Positions 1-13,078 of a stretch of 64,000 nt of DNA are shown one piece after another. The first letter of the stretch is position 1. Each line of letters starts with the position of its first letter. Origin of the DNA: Calcarisporiella thermophila CBS 279.70 (Eukaryota; Fungi; Calcarisporiellomycota); contig NW_027192231.1 in the NCBI RefSeq assembly GCF_041956535.1, positions 37,203-101,202 of the forward strand, written 5' to 3'. A model generated the notes under the pieces. It was not told where the DNA came from. It searched no databases and saw nothing but the letters and a program-made list of their open reading frames with translations. The position numbers and the translations under genes are program-made.

Positions 1-1316
1 CGTCGATTTTTAGCTTGATAAAAACAAAAAGATCGATGCTTTTTCCTGCTCTTTAAAAAGTATATCGAAAGAGTCGAAGAGTTTGCTAAGACTGGCCTGA
101 GTGGTGGTGAAACGCTTGAGAACTGCATGTTGCCCTTCTACACGCTGAGTCGAACGCACGCCAAGATTAGTGTAATCCAAGACAAATGTCTCTGCCCACA
201 TTCCACGATGATTATACCAACGTTGAAGATCATCTGATGTATTGGGGTATGCTATAATTATCTCATTGTAATGCTTGTCGAATTCGTCTGGTGTCTGTGA
301 GCAAAACAGCATAGTAAGCTCTTTTGCAAAGTCTTTGTAGTTCTCAACCTTCCGGTTCAAATGCACTTGTATCCTTTGTTATATGTCATGAACAAAACTG
401 GTGCTGAGCATGTGAGATAACATTACGGACAGCACTTATGAACGCTGGGTCGGAATCGCTAATCACTGTTCGTATACTCTCAGTTGATTCCCTTTTCAAA
501 CAAGATATAAGTTACTAGAGCGCCCACGTAAATGCATGGGAAGATTCGCGTTTTAGTAGCGCAATTCCCATCAAAAACGTTGAGATTTTCATCCACACCG
601 ACTAAAACCAAGCAAGAAAGGTTGAAGTGGTTGGTGCGATAGGTGCTATCAGCAATCACGACCTCAGTGCACTTGTCTACAAGTGAAATATGCGAGTTAC
701 TCACCCAAAATATGTTTTGCAGCTTGCCATTTTCCAATACGTATTTGACAGTATATTTGGTTGTATTCACGATCTTGGTCAACAAGGTAGCAATTTCGGA
801 CAGCCCACCCTCTTCTCTTCTAGCAATTGTCGCTAAAGCATTATGGATATCCTTAGCTTGAATGGATTCAATCTGGCTACGAACAATACGAGTTGCGAGA
901 GAAACACTGCCTCCAAATTGAACAACGTTCTGAGCAAACTGAACTGTTTCAGGGTCGTGTCTACGAAATCTTCGAGCAAAACGAATATCCTCGGGCTCCA
1001 AAGGATGATTATGATCGATATTACCAGAGGTAACGAGATAAGCATTTACAGCTTTTGAAAATCGAAATCGCAATATGAAAGGACAATCGTACTTCATTGT
1101 TGATACATTTCTCATAGGTATTTCGTTATTCGAGCTGTGTTGGCCTGATCGTGAACATGAAATAGTTAGAGCAGGGAGGAATCCAGTAGTAAGATCTGAG
1201 CGTTCTACCCTTCATTCAAACCCAATGCTAACTGCACAATCGTTCATCCATTCAGTTATTTCGTCTCGATCTTTGAACATACGGGATTTGAGATCAGAAA
1301 TTGAGATGATGGTCAT
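1..1316 (-). pseudogene. Decayed Mutator-like (MULE/FAR1-type) transposase, running off the left edge of the window
   Basis: FAR1-like N-terminus (KYDCPF...HNHPL), MULE DDE-domain motif DSTYRTNHFNL and C-terminal RSTQRVEGQHAVLK. Probable ATG at 1316, in-frame TGA at 1212-1214, and frame breaks between ORFs 480..1115 and 10..366. Confidence 0.85.
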
Positions 1317-1848
1317 TTTTACAAAGTAGAATGAAAAGATTTAAATTACAAAGGTTACACTCAACTTGAAAATAATAAAATTATAATTTGACGAGTGAGT
1401 AATAAAAGTAAAAGTGTGCCTTGCTGTTAAATAAAAAAATTAATTAACCAACTTAGCTGTAATTAATAGTTATACCCGGGTACAAATAGAATTACCCAAA
1501 ATTAAATCCAAAAGAATCATGGATTAATTATTTGATGCGATGATTTACTCATATGTCATATTCAATAAAGCAGCATATATCATGGCTCTTCATTGATGGC
1601 AATAAAGGAGTTGTTTCAATTATAAAAATTGAAATAATCTCTAGATCAAATAAGTCTCTACATTTAAACTTGATATTGTTATCGATTGCATGGCCAATTA
1701 TCCTATTATCGTATTATCTCATTCTCATTTTCACGTTTATTCTCTATATCATACTGAATTCCAGTGGAAAAATATATATTCATTACATTTATTTTCCCAT
1801 AGACATAAGGGTTTTCGTCTAATAAATATAAAAGAATTTTCATTATAA

Positions 1849-2529
1849 TTATTTTTCACAGAACTGACGATATGCCGATTCATCAAGAAGTTCATCCAGT
1901 TCCTCCGGTTTGGTGATCTTCACTTTCGCGAGCCATCCTATAATCATTGAGTTTTGTTAAGAATGCCAGTATAAAAAACGAGTAAAATAATAAATATTCT
2001 AGATGAATTTACCATCTTTCTCAGGGCTCTTATTCACTAAGCTAGGCTCGCTCTCTAAAACCGTATTGACCTCGAGCACTTCTCCGCTTACAGGTGCATA
2101 GATATCACTTGCTGCTTTGACAGATTCAATCGCACCGATTTGCTCTATACCCGCGCTTAAGTTAACATAGATACAATATCTTGCTTGATTTTATTCCTCA
2201 CCCTCGCGGTCGAATTCTTTTCCTACTTCTGGCACTTCTACAAATACGACATCTCCGAGAGCATTCTGAGCATATTCTGTGATACCAATGGTTCCGACTT
2301 CATTCTCAATAGAGATCCATTCATGGTCCTTAGTGTACTTCTTGGCTAATAATCAAAATAAAAAAATTGAAAAAAATTAAATTAAAAGTAATCTAAATGA
2401 AAAATCGGCAGAAAGAATATACATACTAGCATAACCCCGAAGAAGACCCAAAGCAGGTGCAGTACGAAGAGAGGTCGAGTATTGGGGAGCCCACGAGGTG
2501 ATAACACGCGTAGAGAAAGAGCGAAGCAT
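1849..2529 (-). CDS. GCV3: Glycine cleavage system H protein, mitochondrial (4 exons)
   Basis: Manual translation: presequence [13 protein letters not shown]..., [10 protein letters not shown]...[17 protein letters not shown], lipoyl motif [19 protein letters not shown]-terminus GWLAKVK...[12 protein letters not shown] introns. Confidence 0.95.
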
Positions 2530-2950
2530 CGTTTTTGAGAGCTAGATGTTGTTTAACAGGGGAAATTTCGAAATGGGAAATTTATTGTTTTTTACCATGA
2601 CATTTCTAGAAACCTAACCTAGCACACAGGGAACATATTTCAAGCGATACCGTTAGAATTAAAGATGAAAAGGTGAAGAGAGTTAATCAAAAGAACACGG
2701 AGAAAATACTTGAAAATAAAATAAGAATAAAGTAAATCGGAAATATAGAATCAGTATTAATAATAACGTGACCATATATGATCCCTAACTTGTATAGATG
2801 TGGGCAAAATACTAAACAATAAACAGGTTATACACATTGGAAACAGATGTGGGATTAATGCGAATAGTTACAACACCCATAGTGACTCTTTTCATCTATT
2901 ATTTTCAAAGAGTCAATACAGCAATTGCCATATTGCTATTTTTTGCTTAC

Positions 2951-3175
2951 TTACTCTATTCCTTGATTATACATCTCACTGCACCTTATGACCTTTGAAC
3001 TATTATATTTGGCCGAGGGTAAGCCTGACACACTATAAACTCCATTTGAATAATGCTGTTTGTAAAAATCTGATTCGCGTTGAGCAAATTGTGGTATGAG
3101 GGCAGAACGTCGTTTAGTATACTTTTCAATTTTTAAAAATTCGTAGGTTGCTCGGATTTTATCTTTAAATCCCAT
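2951..3175 (-). CDS. Small hypothetical protein (74 aa)
   Basis: Clean ATG ORF, MGFKDKIRATYEFLKIEKYTKRRS...FYKQHYSNGVY. It resembles, from memory only, small conserved Mucoromycota hypothetical proteins. Confidence 0.55.
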   Translation of the reverse strand: MGFKDKIRATYEFLKIEKYTKRRSALIPQFAQRESDFYKQHYSNGVYSVSGLPSAKYNSSKVIRCSEMYNQGIE

Positions 3176-3582
3176 TTACTCTACGTGATGTAAAGAAAAA
3201 AGAAGAGAAAATTAACTTGTTTTTTGGATCAGAAGTTGCCACAGTGATGTATTGATGTCTAAAATTGTTTAGTGACAAAAGATACGAGAAAATAATTCAG
3301 TTTCATTTCAAATGGAAAATAAATATTGCGCAAAGCATATTAAAAATTGCCCTCAACAACCGATTGTTTGAGATTAAGCTCCGTTTAAATATTCAATTTA
3401 GCGTGTATTGCTTTTAATCAGTTATCATTAATAAACAAAAAAAAATGCAAAACAAGATATATTTTACAAGAGCTGCTATAAGATATATAAAATGTACAGG
3501 TATGAATATATTGCATAGTAATATGTATAGATATATAAAATAAGTTTGCAAATGAAAATATTGTCACAACAAAATAGCGGAT

Positions 3583-4587
3583 TTAAGAAAGAAGAGGTTT
3601 TCGTTCTTCCGCCCTCTTTAAATATAACGGTAGCCAATCCTTCTCTGGATAGAGAACATAATGCTGCACAATGAACACAACATCCATAGACATAGATAAA
3701 ATACCTAACCCTAGTTTGACTGGGTCTCCAGCCACCCCAGCCCACCATCTTCCTCCCCCCGATCCGGAATCAAGCCATGAATCAAGTAGTAATTGGGCAT
3801 TCGACAAAAATCCACCAATAAAGTCAAGTAAAATGGTGTAAATGCTCCACCCTCTCGTACTTTTTCTCTGGAAGTTATGAATAGCTTGTGGGATATACTT
3901 GATAGAGCTGACAGCGAGTTTGACGAAGGAGAGATAATACATGAGATAGATCCAAGCTAATAAGTCAAGGAGGCAAGCACAAGCAAGTAACACAGAGACA
4001 AGTGCAGTCCACCAAATAAACCAATACGAATGAGCGGATACTATTTGGCCTGCATCTCTCTATGTAAATAGCACCTATGAGAATTATGAGATGTTTACTG
4101 ATCCTAAATTAATTCACTAACCTTATACAATAGAGTTTGCATATATGTTATGGTGGCAAGAATAAAAGCATGTAATGAGAAAAACACGTCATTAAGTTGT
4201 ACTAGATTGTTTTGACCGCCATGATGTTCGCGATATTCTCGCTGAATTTCATCACTAGTGTAGAAGGCGAGATTGAAAACCTAGAGGTTTGGGAAATGGA
4301 TAAGCTATCAGGTAAGCTATAAACACCTTGCTTCACATTCACTTACAGTATAACAAAGGAATCCCCAGACATTTAATGCTACAAAATCAAGAGATAATCC
4401 CTGAACACTATATTCAAATAGATCCAAAAAATTGTTGAGACGAATATAACACTAGAACAATAAACCTTAACTACACGTACCTTTTTCTTTTCCAATTGAG
4501 AAGGACTTGAGGCCAAAAACTCAGGCTCCAAGCAAATGTGTAGCTCCATCCAAAAAATAAGGATATCTGGTGGCCAACAGACGACAT
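3583..4587 (-). CDS. ERS1: Cystinosin/ERS1-like PQ-loop transporter (multi-exon)
   Basis: Two PQ-loop repeats, GWSYTFAWSLSFWPQVLLNWKRK and KYIPQAIHNFQRKSTRGWSI...LLDFIGG, then DPVKLGLG, FIVQHYVLY and a C-terminal dileucine-like signal (EERKPLL). The start codon is uncertain. Confidence 0.9.
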
Positions 4588-5871
4588 TACAACTCTAGTT
4601 CCAGACAATACTCTATTGGGAAACCCGTACCTTATATTCTCCAATTTTCTCGTAATGACTGTCATGTGACTGCTCATGGCGTGCTTCTGTACAAATGAAA
4701 TGCTCGCTGTTTGACAGCCCAATTTCGCAATTCCTAAGCAAATGGGATTATTTGTAAGATTCTTTTTGCCTTGGATTTCTAATGTCAAACAAATGTTCCA
4801 AGCTTGATTCTAAATTCTATTTTAGCTGATCAAATTACCTATTTATGGCTCGACTCTATCAGAATCAACTATCACACGACTAATGAATCTAAAAGAATCT
4901 TAAAGAAACCAATCTAATCATAAAACTATGACTCGATACTACGCCAAGATTTTTATTTTTAGCAGGTTCTTAGAGCACCTTGAAATCTGTAGAAGATTTC
5001 CGAAAAAACTATCAATGCGACTCCCATACTATCCCTTAAGGATTTCGAAGTTTGTACTAGTGTATGTTCAAACCATTGCAATTTTGATACTGAATAAATA
5101 GAAAGAAAGTTTGAAGTATGAAATATTAGATGATTGAACATAATAACGAGCATTACATTTTATTGAATAATAATCTCTTTCGGGACCATTTGTTTAGTTT
5201 AATATGCCCCTAGAATTTCGTCGACGGTGACATCCAAAGTTCCTTTAAATGACGTGAATTTATTTGGGATCTAATGTGTCCAAGCATTTAGTTACATAAT
5301 GGCAGTCTTGATAGAATTGATAAGAAAAGTAATACCAAAATTTGAAGGTTTTTAAGAATCACTTTATTAGTTTAAATGTTTCTATTTATAGAATTATTTT
5401 AATTCATTGCAACAGAGAAAAATCATTTGTATTGATATATATTCATCCTGCCTTCTTCGCAAATGATATATCTTGCATGAAGACAGAATTAATAAACTGA
5501 GAAAGTGTAACAGAAACAAAAGAAGAATTCAATACTCACTAAAAAATTTAGACCAAAACGAGTATAAGTCATGATTTTGGATGATTGTATTCATTGTTTT
5601 ATGCAAGTTCAGGTTATAGAAGTGTTCTTTATATGACTAGATCTGATTGTATTATCAGTGGCTATTAAAAATAGCTACGCCAGTTGAGCAAGGAAACTCT
5701 AAAGAAAAAATAGATAATGTTGCTTGATGAACGAGTAAGAGATAATTTAGTAAGAAAGCGGTCGTCATTGACAAATTGCAAGTGAATATAAATGTAACAT
5801 TTTCCTCAAGCTTTCTCCCATTATTCTTTCTCAAGGTAAAGTTAAGGTCTTAAGAAATTAATTCCAAAGCA

Positions 5872-6381
5872 ATGAGGCTTCTAACTGTTTTCACCACCAT
5901 CGCTATCGTTTCGACCGCCATTGCGACACCGCTTGAACGCCGACAAGTGGAAAGCTCCCAAGCAGTAAGTGCTGATGGAAAGCAGAGTCAGACTTCAATT
6001 AACTCATCATCCTCGACCAAGTCAATATCAACTAAGTCCTCAGTAGCGTCTAAGACGATTTCAACTAAATCTTCAGCGACGCCAAAGCCAACGCACTGTA
6101 TGAGTTTTGCAGAAATCAGTGATCAATGGTTGACGACTTTTGCAAAGAAGGATTTCAGTATCGAGATCGAGTCTCACAAGAATGTCGTTAACCTAGCATG
6201 CATTGATCTGAAGAATCCCGATAAACCTATTAATTCTTACAAAACCGCAAAATATACTCATGTAGTTTTCTATGAGGGCAAAAAATGCTCGGGTAAAACT
6301 GTTCACAATGGACTCGGTCCCGACAATGACTCCAACATCGTTGCTAAATCCTTCAAACTGTATTGTGGCGAAAATCCGTAA
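5872..6381 (+). CDS. Small secreted protein: signal peptide, Ser/Thr/Lys linker and 4-Cys domain; paralogue of 15263..15649
   Basis: Hydrophobic N-terminus and a dibasic ERR site. The C-terminal ~95 aa clearly align with 15263..15649 (HC..FAEI.DQ.L...DKPI.S..TAKYTH.VFY..K.C.G.TV..GLGPD.D.NIVAKSF.LYCGENP). TATA box at 5787. Confidence 0.88.
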   Translation: MRLLTVFTTIAIVSTAIATPLERRQVESSQAVSADGKQSQTSINSSSSTKSISTKSSVASKTISTKSSATPKPTHCMSFAEISDQWLTTFAKKDFSIEIESHKNVVNLACIDLKNPDKPINSYKTAKYTHVVFYEGKKCSGKTVHNGLGPDNDSNIVAKSFKLYCGENP

Positions 6382-7472
6382 TGTTATCCACACAAGCTAC
6401 AAGGCCAAAAATTCCCATTTTCTTATTTTTTTATTCATCTACTAAATATGTATTTAGAATATAATACTAAGTCATAGTATTTGACAATATATAGGTCAAG
6501 TTACTCACTTTTTTCTTGGGTATTTGTTTGTAGCTGAGCTCAACATGATCTAACCTAAGGTTTTAGCTAGAGTAAGATCCTCATAATATATGATAAGCAT
6601 AACTACGACTGGAAGTTTGCCTAACAAGATGAAATACACTTTAACTCATAACTTGGAAAAAACCAATTCCCTAGTATTAATAATATTCAAAAAATATGCA
6701 TGTGTTTGTATCGAATTATATTTATAAGGCATTAATAATTATTTCAACGGTAGGATTAAACTATGAGAAGAACACCAGGTTTAGTAACCATGATGGTTGA
6801 CGATAAAAGTAGAGTTAAAATTATATACACTTTTATTCATGTTGCCATAGGTAAAAAGAGCCATGGCGAATGCGATTTTTGTTAAAAATGCCACTGAATA
6901 TGTGTTACTCTTGAAAATTGCGACAAATGTTGCACAATGGAGATGCTTAGTATAGTTATCATCTGCTAATATTCACTGGCAAGTGTGCATTGTGTAATTG
7001 AACAAAAATGCCCCACCATTATCACAATACCTGATTTCATCATTTAATACATATGTATAGTTGTATCAGTATGTCTTCAAATGTTTATGAAAGCAAAGGG
7101 GATCAGATTGGTATTCATTCGTTGCCATATGCATAAAATGGTATAATGGCCATATGATGATGTATTACGATATCATTTGCCTAAAGTAATGCGAAATATT
7201 TTATTCGACCTAGTTACTCGTTAGCTTACATAACTGTGTAATCGAACATTTGTTTGCCCTACGCAATCAAAAATCATCCGCAGATCAAATTTGACACATA
7301 TTTAAATAAACTATTTAATTTCTTTTCTTTCATAATCTTATGTAATTTTATACAATCACATTATTGAGATATAAAATGAACAGTAGTTCTCGCATACAGT
7401 TGAACTACCGTTTAATTATACAATCCTTTCATTGATTTCTTTAAATATATCGTATTTTTTTTTCTTGCCATC

Positions 7473-9222
7473 ATGCTAATTCCATCTATCTATGGAATCA
7501 CCTATTCTTTCCTTCTTACTACTCTCCTCCTGACTACATTTACAAATACTCAGCCTATTTCGATTAGGGATGATGCGCCAAATCCAGACATAAAGGCGCC
7601 GGATACGCAAGTAGCTGTTGCTCCAGAGGGAATTCGACTCTCCCATAATGGACTGATCGTCAACGATCCGATTGAAAATCTCTATGTTTACTATGACGAT
7701 ACTCGTTACGATCCCACAACCATTCAGGTATCCATCAGTGAACAAAACACCAAAGTGAATTGTCAAATTGCAGGCACAAACCGCATAGATCATGTGGTAT
7801 TAACTAAGCAAAGTTGCCAAAGCAATATTTTCACTCTGCCCGCAGAAGGCAAGCGAGTGGCATATACCGTTAAAGTTACAGTAAAGACGAAGAGTGCTAC
7901 TACAGAAACAAAAGATATTCCAGTTGAGCTTTTAAACTTCCCCCGAGTACCATGGCCTATTGCCGATCCTAACGGTCAGTGGCCGCCACGTAATACAGAT
8001 ATGATCGGGAATCTGATGGAAAACTACCAAGAGTTTGGTGGCCCAGGTAATTTTGAGTTTAATCCACAGTGTTATATTTGGAAGTTAAAGCGAAAATGTT
8101 TGGGCTTCGCAATATAGGATATTGGCATAACGGACTTGATATTCGAAACGATGTGACTCGCCTTGACCCCAATCATGCTGGAGAGGTGCGCTCGCCTGTA
8201 GATGGAAAAGTTGTGAAAATTGTAAACTATAATCAAGGAAATCTCTACTGGAGTTTCATGATTCAAGATACATATGGTTTTGTTTGGCAATTCCATCACG
8301 TTGACTCTAGTACCTACAGATTCAGGGTTGGAGATAACGTAAGGAAGGGTGACATCATCGGATCTGTTGTAAGTGTTGCTCTGAGAATTTAAGCAAAATC
8401 AATTGTATATTAATATATATATCTAACAATCTAGATTTTGTGGCCTGAAAGATGGAATGGCGCCAACTACCACCATATTCACTTGAATGTTGCCATCCCC
8501 CATCCTCAATGGACCTCAATTCCCAAGCCTTATGTCGACGGCTGGCGGTATATCAACCCAATTCTTTTATTTAATAATGGAAATTATGTCGACCAAAACA
8601 AGCCGAAATCTGAAGGTTTGCTCTATATCCTACCCAACGGGGGAAGCTCGACCATCGGTGTCAGTGATGGGAGAAATGCACCTACCGTTAGTGGAAAAAT
8701 CGATGTGGCAATCGAATTAAGTGACATATTCTCTTCTCCAAACAGGTATGATTCCCATTCTATATTAACCCCACATTTCATAATTAATCGTTTCTTTGTG
8801 GATAATATAGTGTGAGTGGCACACCCTATCCACAAAGCTTATTTGAGCTCGCTTACCGTATTGAACCTTCATCTGGTACTGGCAATGCAACATACGTCCC
8901 ATTCGTTCGCTTCGCACAAAATCCTCCTGCACAGTCTACGCGATGCTCACCTAATCTAACTGTCTCATGTCAAGAGCAGAGTCTCAGGACAATATATAAA
9001 GAGCGCTTCTCCAGTAATGGTAATCAGAAAACAACAAGATTCAATTACAGTTCCCGGCGATTCTATTTTACTGTGACCAATGTATTACGTGGTGAGTTCA
9101 GTGAAGATGGTGCGCTTGATACAACCAAATTCCCTAATGGAAAATACCGAATCACTGTTATTGCTAAAAATGAATGGAAGCAGTCGCTTGAAGTCAGTGG
9201 TGACATTGTGATTAAGAATTAG
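7473..9222 (+). CDS. Secreted M23-family zinc metalloendopeptidase; exons 7473-8046, 8118-8368, 8435-8745, 8811-9222
   Basis: Signal peptide. Splicing three GT-AG introns gives one frame containing YQEFGGPGYWHNGLDIR (HxxxD), VRSPVDGKV, FHHVD, VGDNVRKGDIIG and HHIHL (HxH), followed by a C-terminal beta-rich region (LDTTKFPNGKYRITV). Confidence 0.88.
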
Positions 9223-11279
9223 TTGAGATTTCGGGTCGAAATTTAAACTACGGATTCGTAGGTAATTTAATTTTGTACTTCGAGTTTGTAATTTAAGTAT
9301 TAATAAAACTGATTGGAAAGCAAGATGGTATAGTAGTCATTCTATTCCATTAATGATCAATATATTAAATATGCCGATATTATTAAAATATTTCGTCGGT
9401 CGGCATGAAGCAATATGTAAGAGAGATATTGAAAGAAAACTTTACAACAAGCTAGCTTGTTCAATGTCGTATTCAGTTGGAAAATTACCAAGAACTGTAG
9501 TGATCATAAGTCATCAGAAAAAAGCACTTGTTATGGTCTTTAGATATTCATATAGTTTAGATAGTGTCCGTTACCTAAGATGACAAAACTCTACCTAGGC
9601 ATTGTAAGAAAATATAGAATATCATAAATCGGCCTCACATCGATAATACTCAGTCATTTGGCTCCAGCACTTTTCAATTCTAGAAAATGAAATTTGAACA
9701 TTAAATATACTCTATTCCATCCATTTTCTGACGTTCCTAGTACTTCGTTGCTTCGAGCTATTGCATCTCAATATAATCAAGGAATTCACTTGGGTACGCG
9801 AACTCCATGGATGCTATCTCTTTGACTCGTAAAAAATCATTATTTTAAGTTAATAATTAATACAGTTAACGATCCAAGAAATAAAAAACAGATAATTAAT
9901 CAACTTTTAAGGTCATCATGAAGAGTAGCGTAATTTTGAGGATAAACTTATGATCTAGAAATGGTCGAATTTGGATGGGCAAAGTGGCCTTGATGTGCTA
10001 GGTTTTTGTGTAAAACTGAGGATATTGAGGAGAATTTCGACGGATAAATTGGCGTGCGGTATCTTTAAACAATATTTTTACCGAATGAATACTTTTAGCT
10101 TTCCTGTTTTTATGGAACTTTGATTCAATGTGAATGGAAAACGATCCGTTTAGTCCAAGTTAGCTGTTCTTGGGCTGAAATATTCAAACGTCAAGGGTTA
10201 CTTGAATAATAACCACAATCGAAGCAAAAAAGAGAAATTAGAAAACAAACAAGACCTTGTCTGAACACATTTGTGATTGCCGCGTGGGAATCTGCGGTAA
10301 ATTTAACCTGGGTTTGATTCGATATCCCCTCTTGACTAAATTAAAATAAAATTGTTGTTTAGATGGTCGGCGTTTCCAGGCTTGACTCACCTAAAATATA
10401 TATTACTCTTCTTCATTCGGCTAGAAATCAATTTACACAATGCACAAAACAAATTTGCCGCTAGAAAGACATTTTAAAATTCTCTTTCTATCTTTGGAAT
10501 ATCCTGGGTACTTAACTTCGAGGTATGATGTAGTAATCATTCCTACCTCTGCAAGATGTCAACTGATTGCATCACGTTGAAACAAGAAATACTAAGCCAC
10601 CGATAGAGAATTTTTCAAAATTACAAGGAAAATAAAAAACAACACCTTCACCATTTAACCGCACTATAGGATTATTAAAGAGGAAAAGAGGAAAAAGAGG
10701 AAGAAACAGCTTTTTTTTCTTTTTTTTTTCTTTCCCTTTTTTTCAATCAAAAAGGAATTTGATCCCCTCTTTAACCGGAAGGGATCAAATAGGAAGTCGA
10801 TTGGGGGACCATCGTCTTTTTATTTTCCGTGTGTGTGTGTGAGATCGGGAAACGAAGATTGGACGAATCATAGATTCGGCAACCTTTTTCTTTCACCTAT
10901 TCTACTCGATCTATCCTTCTCCTTCTCTTTCCCTCCTGCCTGCTCTTTTTCTACGCTACGCCTCCCCATCATCGTTAACTTTACCGTTACCTGGGCGTTA
11001 TTTTTGTGATCCAACCCTACTCGACCTTGAGCAAAATCACAAGAAAAGAGGAAAGCAAGCAAGCACTACTGAAGGAAAGAATTCCCATTTAATTCCACTT
11101 TCATTTTTCATATTTTTTATCCTTGATTTTTTTTTTTTGTATCTGCTTCTCTTAGAAATCCTCTTCTCATTATAACGAGATCAGGATATATATATTTTTT
11201 TTTTCCAATTATTTGTGTTTCAGGGATTATTTTTATCACCCCTTCTAACACCAAAAGTATTGCTATTATTTTGCTTCCA

Positions 11280-11311
<32 letters not shown>

Positions 11312-11581
11312 AATTTTTTCTTGTTCTTTTTTTTCCCTCGGTTTGTCTTCCATGATTTTTGCCGGCTCCTATCTCTCGTGCTAGATAATTCGCATTTTTC
11401 ATACGACAGCGAGGAATAGTTCTCTCACCCGTTTCCCCTCATCTCTCCGACAAAACCCGTCAGGATAGTCGCCAAACTCTACCCTCAGCCCTCGGTGCTG
11501 GCCTCAACTGGCTACGGCTCTGCAGCGTCCCCGGGCGCTAAATTTGGATTTCGCTCCACTGTCCTCGAGTCGTCAGCCAAT

Positions 11582-13078
11582 ATGCACTTGTCCTGTACTC
11601 GTTCAGGTCAGCAGCCGTTGCCCTTCTTTCCCTCTTATTCGAGTTTCTTTGATCGGCAGGCATCATCCACTGCTGCTTCTAAGCTTATGGATATCATCCG
11701 CCCTCATGCCCCCCAACCTACGCACCCTGTTCCTCAGCAGCAGCAGCAGCCTCAGCATGCTGGAACTCCTCGTCGTGCACATGTCTCTTCTGAGGATTTG
11801 GATATGGCAGTAGACTTGCCTCCGACGCCGCAATCGCAGAATACTGAACCAGCCTCGACTACGCAGCTTGCTGAATTTGCAGCATTTATGATGCACGCGA
11901 TGTGCTATTCTAAGAGGGCAACTACTACCAGGGTGTACTTACCGGGTGGAATTCCCGCATCGGTCCCTGCACGCGTAACTACGCTTATCGCTCCCAACCC
12001 CAGTCCAGCGTTTAAAAAATTCTGTGATCAGATTCTCTCTGCCACACAACTCTCTGAGTGGGGCGTATTGCTTGCACTTAAATACATCGCTCTACTCGCG
12101 CGTGACACTAATTTGGTCACGCAAGGCGTGGAGGGAAGCGAGTACCGGTTCTTCACGGTTGCCCTGATGCTTTCCAGTAAATTCCTAGACGACAACACTT
12201 TTACCAACAAGACGTGGTCCGAGGTGAGCGGCCTCAATCTGCTTGAGCTGAACCGAACTGAGCTCGAGTTCCTTGAAGCCATGCAATATCGGCTCGTCGT
12301 CCCGGGTGCAGAGTACCATTGGTGGCACGAGGCGCTCGATTTGTTTTGTGGAAAGCTATCAATGGATGAGCGCCAGTTTGCGGACCAGGCACTACGGGTA
12401 TTCGGGATTCTGCCCGTCGAGGTAGCATCGACACTCTCGACCAAGTCAACGATGCAGCCCTTATCGGCTCATTCAGTAAAGTCCCAGCAATGTCATCCGT
12501 TCCCAAAGGAATGCTGGGCCGAGTCCATAAAGCATTCATTTGACGACCTCGCTACTCATCCTCAGCACCAGCATCAACAGCCCTCTGCTCCCGGTGCAAC
12601 TCTTCAACCCGTCCAAATGCACATACACCAGCCCACACACTCTACGTGGGCAGCGCCTCGGAACTCCAAATGCATCCCCCCTGCTGCTTGCGGAGCAGGC
12701 GCCAATGGTGCTACTGGAGGATACTCCACGGCCACCTATTATGAACAACCGCCCCTGAAACATCCTCAGCCCAATTTTGATTCTCACCCTCCCCACGCGT
12801 CTGTTCCTCGACTAGTTGCACCTTCGTCCGCCTCTTCGGTGCACTTACAATCACTTCTCGCTTCTCTACGTAGCGGCGACGCACCTCGAGTCCATTGCCC
12901 GTCCGATTCCACCACTACCATCACTCCTGCTAGGGATAGATATGTTCCTACTTATTCACGTCACTACGATGTGGTGCGTGACACGATAGTGGCTGCGGGA
13001 CCTCCACCTTTTAATGCTGTGCCTGCTCCAATTCCCGCGATTGGCGGCTGTAAGCAACTCTACGCCAACTACGCTTGA
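11582..13078 (+). CDS. Pho85-type cyclin (Pcl/Clg1-like)
   Basis: Cyclin box FKKFCDQILSATQLS..VLLALKYI...GSEYRFFTVALMLSSKFLDDNTFTNKTWSEVSG...LNRTELEFL, with low-complexity flanks. First ATG at 11582. Confidence 0.9.
   Translation: MHLSCTRSGQQPLPFFPSYSSFFDRQASSTAASKLMDIIRPHAPQPTHPVPQQQQQPQHAGTPRRAHVSSEDLDMAVDLPPTPQSQNTEPASTTQLAEFAAFMMHAMCYSKRATTTRVYLPGGIPASVPARVTTLIAPNPSPAFKKFCDQILSATQLSEWGVLLALKYIALLARDTNLVTQGVEGSEYRFFTVALMLSSKFLDDNTFTNKTWSEVSGLNLLELNRTELEFLEAMQYRLVVPGAEYHWWHEALDLFCGKLSMDERQFADQALRVFGILPVEVASTLSTKSTMQPLSAHSVKSQQCHPFPKECWAESIKHSFDDLATHPQHQHQQPSAPGATLQPVQMHIHQPTHSTWAAPRNSKCIPPAACGAGANGATGGYSTATYYEQPPLKHPQPNFDSHPPHASVPRLVAPSSASSVHLQSLLASLRSGDAPRVHCPSDSTTTITPARDRYVPTYSRHYDVVRDTIVAAGPPPFNAVPAPIPAIGGCKQLYANYA

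Noticed and set aside
10757-10790. 10-bp inverted repeat ATTTGATCCC/GGGATCAAAT upstream of the cyclin gene
   Set aside because: Single short hairpin with no second copy or TSD, so there is not enough evidence for a MITE or structured RNA.
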